A stretch of 64,000 bases of DNA from Nostoc sp. DedSLP01. Lineage in GTDB: Bacteria > Cyanobacteriota > Cyanobacteriia > Cyanobacteriales > Nostocaceae. The translations under genes and the position numbers were made by a program. Where the stretch lies: assembly GCA_034530875.2 (NCBI GenBank), contig JAVRCJ020000001.1, positions 32,001 to 96,000 of the forward strand, in the 5' to 3' direction. Positions 59,421 to 64,000 of the stretch are shown piece after piece (positions within the stretch are counted from its first letter, which is position 1; the number at the start of each line of letters is the position of its first letter). The notes under the pieces are model-generated. The model was given only the letters and a program-made list of their open reading frames with translations, ran no database searches and had not been told where the DNA came from.

Positions 59421-60046
59421 GGTAATTACCTATCAAATCTTTCTAAGAATGTAAAAAAACTGAAATATCTAGCCAAATTAGATATACAAACCCTAAAGGA
59501 TTTGCATACATACTGCTACCTTCAGGGTTAATACAGATGTCCAAGAAGGGAAGCAAGAAAATTGATTTATATCAATTATTTCGTGAAATGGTATAAGCCT
59601 TTTGCCATAACCAATATTCCACAAATAAAATAGAATTGCTATAAATACAAAAATTTGTACCTATCTAATTTTGATTCAAGCTTTATATATCAACCTCAGA
59701 AAAAGTACGTAACCAACATAATTTAATACTTTTATATAAATTGAAAATACTTTTATTAGTTAATATTTTGTTAATTAAAATCGGTATAGTAATTAGTGGA
59801 CTATTTTATAAATAATTAAATTGAATTTTCCAATAAAGATGTGATTTGCAACAAATTAGGTGGGTGTCGAACTCCACCTAAATTTTTTGTTGGCAATTCT
59901 AGAATGTGGCTTTTATTTATCACTCTAGGAAATTAGTTTTTTATAAAATCGTGAAGTTTATAGTTGGTTAATTAATCTCCTAGTGTCGATGTCTATAATT
60001 TTATAATTGTTGAGATCGTCTAAAGAGTAATTATTCTTAATAATTA

Positions 60047-61264
60047 CTAACTAACTTTTTGATTTAAAACCTCTACATTTGATTTACTTTTATCAATAGA
60101 TACACTTGGTGTAGGTAAATATTTTTTTACGATACCCATCACCTTATCAGCCACTACAGGTTTAGTGAGAAAATCTGTAGAACCGACCACCTTAGCACGA
60201 ACTCTATCTAAAAGCCCATCACTGCCTGTTAAGATAATTACTGGTGTGTTGGCAAAAGCAGATATTCGTCGCAATTGAGTGCAGATTTCGTAACCGCTGG
60301 CTACTGGCATAATCAAATCTAAGAAAATCAAATCTGGTTTATCCTGAATCAGAGTTGGTAAAGCTTGTACTGCATCTTGAATTTTGACAAACCTCAGTCC
60401 ATTGCCAGTAATAATTTCCTCAAGCATTTTACAAACCTGTGGGCTATCATCTACACAGGCTACTAATGGAACAGTCGGCTTCTTTGCTTGTTGTGGTGTG
60501 GTAAATTTATTGTTGGTGTCAGCCATTAATAATGGTAAGTCAGGCACTTCTACTAATTCAATGATTCCTTTGAGGATATAAGGAAGCAAAGAACGAGTCA
60601 GCGGTAGTACGTTCTGCTTCATTTTCATGGCTAAATCTCGCAGAGTGAATTTACCATTGATTAAATTCACAAAGTTTTTGTAGACAGATGGACTTACTAT
60701 CTGTTGGAGTTGTTCTGGTCGCCGCAAAACAGGTGCTAAGTCGGGAGAAAAATTTGCTAAACCTGCTTCTGACCAACTTTTCCACGAGTCTTGCATCTGC
60801 CTTACAGACATTTCTGCACTCGTGAAGCTCATTGGTGTTTCTAAAATAACTTCTTGAGTGCGATTGCAAGTTACAGAAGCAAAATTTGCTTGTAAAGCTA
60901 GGTCAAACAGTAGTTCTGATATGGTATTTTCGGCAATAGATTGAATCTGTTCTCTTTGGATTTTCTGCTTTTTATACAAGATTTCTATTAGGCGATAGTC
61001 CCAGTAATCTATTGAGATATCTTGCGATCGCAACTGCAATTTATCAAGATCGATTTGCGGGCAATTTTGAGCAATATGTCTGCGCCAGCGCCGAAAGGGA
61101 TGAGTTCCGCCTGTTGCCCAAACTATACGTCCCAGGCGATAATAAAAAGTCCATTGGCTACCCTTTGAACTTTTAATATTTAATTTGCCATTGTATTGCA
61201 GTTGAGTACAAGTTTTAAATTCATTAACTAAATCAGTTGAAACTATCACTTCCGTATGGGCCAT
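60047..61264 (-). CDS. pixG: PatA-family response regulator (PATAN + REC)
   Basis: W..YYRLGRIVWATGG.HP.RRW.R; C-terminal VDDS, LDLIMP, FLTKP. Confidence 0.85.
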   Translation of the reverse strand: MAHTEVIVSTDLVNEFKTCTQLQYNGKLNIKSSKGSQWTFYYRLGRIVWATGGTHPFRRWRRHIAQNCPQIDLDKLQLRSQDISIDYWDYRLIEILYKKQKIQREQIQSIAENTISELLFDLALQANFASVTCNRTQEVILETPMSFTSAEMSVRQMQDSWKSWSEAGLANFSPDLAPVLRRPEQLQQIVSPSVYKNFVNLINGKFTLRDLAMKMKQNVLPLTRSLLPYILKGIIELVEVPDLPLLMADTNNKFTTPQQAKKPTVPLVACVDDSPQVCKMLEEIITGNGLRFVKIQDAVQALPTLIQDKPDLIFLDLIMPVASGYEICTQLRRISAFANTPVIILTGSDGLLDRVRAKVVGSTDFLTKPVVADKVMGIVKKYLPTPSVSIDKSKSNVEVLNQKVS

Positions 61265-61893
61265 ATTTTATTCCTTTTATTAAAAAGCTAGCTCTTGAAA
61301 ACCCACACTAGCTATATACTGGTCAGCAGACACGCTAATAATTGCTAATATATTTATTACATAGCAGTCTCAAACAAAATTATTTAAAACAGGGTAAATG
61401 AGTAGATAGTAAAATCCTTACTAGTTAAGTTATTTAGCAGAAAATTTTTGCTTATTAAACTCGATTTTGATGCTAATATTAACTACTCAACTAGTTTCAT
61501 ATAGTCTACATCATTTAAAATTTATTCAGTATTGATATATCATTGTAATGATTATGATAAAAAATCATATCCGTACAAGTCCTGAATTATTGTTGAAAAA
61601 ATACCAGTTTCCATCCCAGATATTATTTATATTGATTCTGAAATATGAATAAATGCCAGAAAAAGATTAATTAAATTGAAATAATATTAATAAATTATAA
61701 ACAAGCTGCGATCGCCGCTAGGGGAATGTTGAATTCGGCAGCTATCCTAAAAACTAGAAATCAGAAACTAGTTGCAACCAAGCAGGAAACCTGCCGAAGT
61801 TCTGATGGTTAGTCAGCAAATAAAACTTCAAAGCAGGTGTCCCGTTTTTTAATTGTTTGAGAAAAGTTAGCAGCAATACACCAATTATCAGGC

Positions 61894-62814
61894 TTATTTG
61901 TGGTTTTGATAGCTGACAACAGCGGCTCTGAGATTACCTTGATGTTCGGCAAGAAGGCGATCGCCTTCTTCTTTTTCTAAACCAGTCCAGTGCATTAATA
62001 AGGCTAACTTCACCCACTTACCACTACGTTCTAATAAAAAACCAGCAGCTTCGCGGCTTAAACCTGTGAGGTCTTGCAAAATTCGCAAAGCGCGATCGCG
62101 TAACTTTTGATTTGTGACTGCCACATCCACCATGCGATTGCCGTAAACCTTACCCAGCTTGACCATTACCCCAGTTGAAAGGATATTTAAAGCTAATTTG
62201 GTGGCTGTACCAGCTTTGAGGCGAGTTGAACCAGCGATGATTTCTGGCCCTGTCAACAGGCGAATATCAACATCGGCATCAAACCTAACTTGTTCGGTGG
62301 GAACGCAGGCGATAAAAATAGTAGCGGCTCCTCGTTGACGAGCCGCATTGAGAGCACCGTGGACATAAGGCGTTGTACCGCCAGCAGTAATGCCAACTAC
62401 GACATCTAGCTGTGTGATATGTCGTCCGGCGATCGCAGTTTCGCCATCTTCAAGCCTGTCTTCTAAATCTTCAGAACTGCGTACCAAGGCACCAGCGCCC
62501 CCAGCGATAATCCCTTGTACCAACTCTGGCGGCGTGCAAAAAGTAGGTGGACATTCAGCAGCATCTAATACCCCTAACCTGCCACTGGTACCCGCACCAA
62601 TATAAAATAGGCGTCCTCCTTGGTGCAAACGCTCTGCGGTAAGTTCGATTGCCCGTGCCAACTCAACTTTTGCTGCTGCAACTGCGGCGACTGCCTTTTG
62701 GTCTTCATGATTAAACAGCTCCACCAACTCCAAAGAACTCAGCTGGTCTAAGTTCAGACTGTTAGGATTTACTAGTTCAGTTAATAGATGCCCGCGTTCC
62801 TGTAGATTTGTCAT
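61894..62814 (-). CDS. murQ: N-acetylmuramic acid 6-phosphate etherase
   Basis: GAGTSGRLGVLDA.ECPPTF, GPE...GSTRLKAGTA.K, YGNRMVD. Confidence 0.97.
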   Translation of the reverse strand: MTNLQERGHLLTELVNPNSLNLDQLSSLELVELFNHEDQKAVAAVAAAKVELARAIELTAERLHQGGRLFYIGAGTSGRLGVLDAAECPPTFCTPPELVQGIIAGGAGALVRSSEDLEDRLEDGETAIAGRHITQLDVVVGITAGGTTPYVHGALNAARQRGAATIFIACVPTEQVRFDADVDIRLLTGPEIIAGSTRLKAGTATKLALNILSTGVMVKLGKVYGNRMVDVAVTNQKLRDRALRILQDLTGLSREAAGFLLERSGKWVKLALLMHWTGLEKEEGDRLLAEHQGNLRAAVVSYQNHK

Positions 62815-63133
62815 TTCTTGTTTATCCTAATTGTTACAAAGTTCTGTTCGCTCTTAGCGTTGGCGTATCTTTATGGGGAAGCAAGCTAGCAAGAGCGTCT
62901 CGTAGAAAAGCCAGACGCTCGCAGACACGGCGAATCGCTCTCATCGCCTCAAGCCGGCGCATCCTGACAGGATCTTGCTACAGACTTTGCGCTTTGTCAT
63001 TTTTCTTCTGTTACCAAGTTCTGGCGCTTCTGGCAAGTCGTCCTCTAGATTTCGATGACCGGAGTCAGCGCTGAAACTTTGTGCTTTTTCCTTCGTCAAA
63101 ACCAATGACCAATGACTAATGACCACTACCCAA

Positions 63134-63568
63134 TTACAATAATCCTTCCAATTTGCGACGAATTTTCTCTAATTCAGAATCAGACAATTCTGATTCTTCT
63201 GGTGGCTGTTCGTTAGGATAGGAGGTGTCTTCAAGAGTATCCTCTGTTTGGGCGTCTGGTTGCCAGTCGGTTTGTTCGACATTAATTTCTGGGGGAGTAA
63301 TAACTGAATCGCTGTTTTCTGGGATGATTTCCCAGTCATATCCGGCACTTTCACAAAATCCCTTAATTTCTTCAGCATCCATTTCCTCTGGTGTAGGTGT
63401 GGGGAAATCTTGAGCTTCTAGCATCAAGGCAAAGCGCGTGGCGTCGTCTTCTGACTCGAACATCAGAATTGTATTGCGTAGCTTGCCGCCTTCGGCATCG
63501 CCCTTGAGAATCGTGTGAATACCTTCATTTTCGGTTCCGGCATTAAACATTAACACAAAAACACGCAT
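63134..63568 (-). CDS. DUF3110 family protein
   Basis: VFVL.FNA.TENEGIH, LMFES.DDA.RFA..LEAQDFP.P, acidic tail ending RRKLEGLL. Confidence 0.88.
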   Translation of the reverse strand: MRVFVLMFNAGTENEGIHTILKGDAEGGKLRNTILMFESEDDATRFALMLEAQDFPTPTPEEMDAEEIKGFCESAGYDWEIIPENSDSVITPPEINVEQTDWQPDAQTEDTLEDTSYPNEQPPEESELSDSELEKIRRKLEGLL

Positions 63569-63847
63569 AAATTTGCTTATCTAATTATTTTTCAGATGTA
63601 GATCTTATTTATATTAAAGTTCTAGGTTATGCCTCAGGGAAAGTCACATTCATAATTTTCACTTTATTCCGATTTTCCTGAAAGTACTAACATCATTCAG
63701 CATAAGTATTGGATCGAGCAAATGCCGTAACTTAACCCATGAGGTCTTGGGTTTAGTAACGTATCCTGGAAATGGCATACTGAATCAATCTGTCAGTTAA
63801 TGCTTGTGTGTCCTAGTTGCATCCGGCAATTAAAGCAGTGAAAGGAA

Positions 63848-64000
63848 ATGACTAAATCTCCCAATCAAAACCATCGATCCCTTTCTCCTATTCGTAAACG
63901 TCCGTGGTTGCTGGTGTTGAGTCGCGGTGGCATTGTTTTGGGTGGAGTTTTGTTGATTGGAATTTTCGGTGGTATTTGGCGGTTGTGGATTTTTGTCCAA
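63848..64000 (+). CDS. N-terminus of a probable TamB-like (translocation/assembly module) protein, runs off the window
   Basis: RBS AAAGGA then MTKSPNQNHRSLSPIRKRPWLLVLSRGGIVLGGVLLIGIFGGIWRLWIFVQ; N-terminal anchor resembling Nostocales TamB. Confidence 0.55.
   Translation, partial: MTKSPNQNHRSLSPIRKRPWLLVLSRGGIVLGGVLLIGIFGGIWRLWIFVQ

Noticed and set aside
61700..61850. Structured RNA upstream of pixG
   Set aside because: Only small hairpins (GCAGG-AAA-CCTGC); no family recognisable without a covariance search

Overview
AT-rich DNA from a filamentous, probably heterocystous (Nostocales-like) cyanobacterium, judged from very frequent HIP1 octamers (GCGATCGC), STRR heptamer arrays, cyanobacteriochrome GAFs, and PatA, Uma2 and CAAD proteins. 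The left ~40 kb, up to a tRNA-Gly(CCC), looks accessory. It holds a CHAT-TPR protease, phoD with an upstream Pho box, DUF928 plus a CHASE2 Cya2-like cyclase, two tandem PaO-type Rieske oxygenases, a Ser/Thr kinase-AAA-GAF protein with no His-kinase module, sensor kinases, a GAF/GGDEF protein, duplicated Mo-nitro_C genes, pseudogenes and nested MITE/REP elements. The right part is more core-like: rhodanese with a GAF-LuxR regulator, potD/potB, a pixGHIJL phototaxis-type operon interrupted by a four-helix-bundle gene, murQ, DUF3110 and the start of a TamB-like gene. The most striking candidate system is a minimal aniline-dioxygenase-like cluster (AtdA4-, AtdA3- and AtdA1-like; 19642-23256) with no reductase, amidotransferase or ring-cleavage gene in the window. 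It may strip nitrogen from aromatic amines into glutamine. All family assignments come from motif recognition without database searches.
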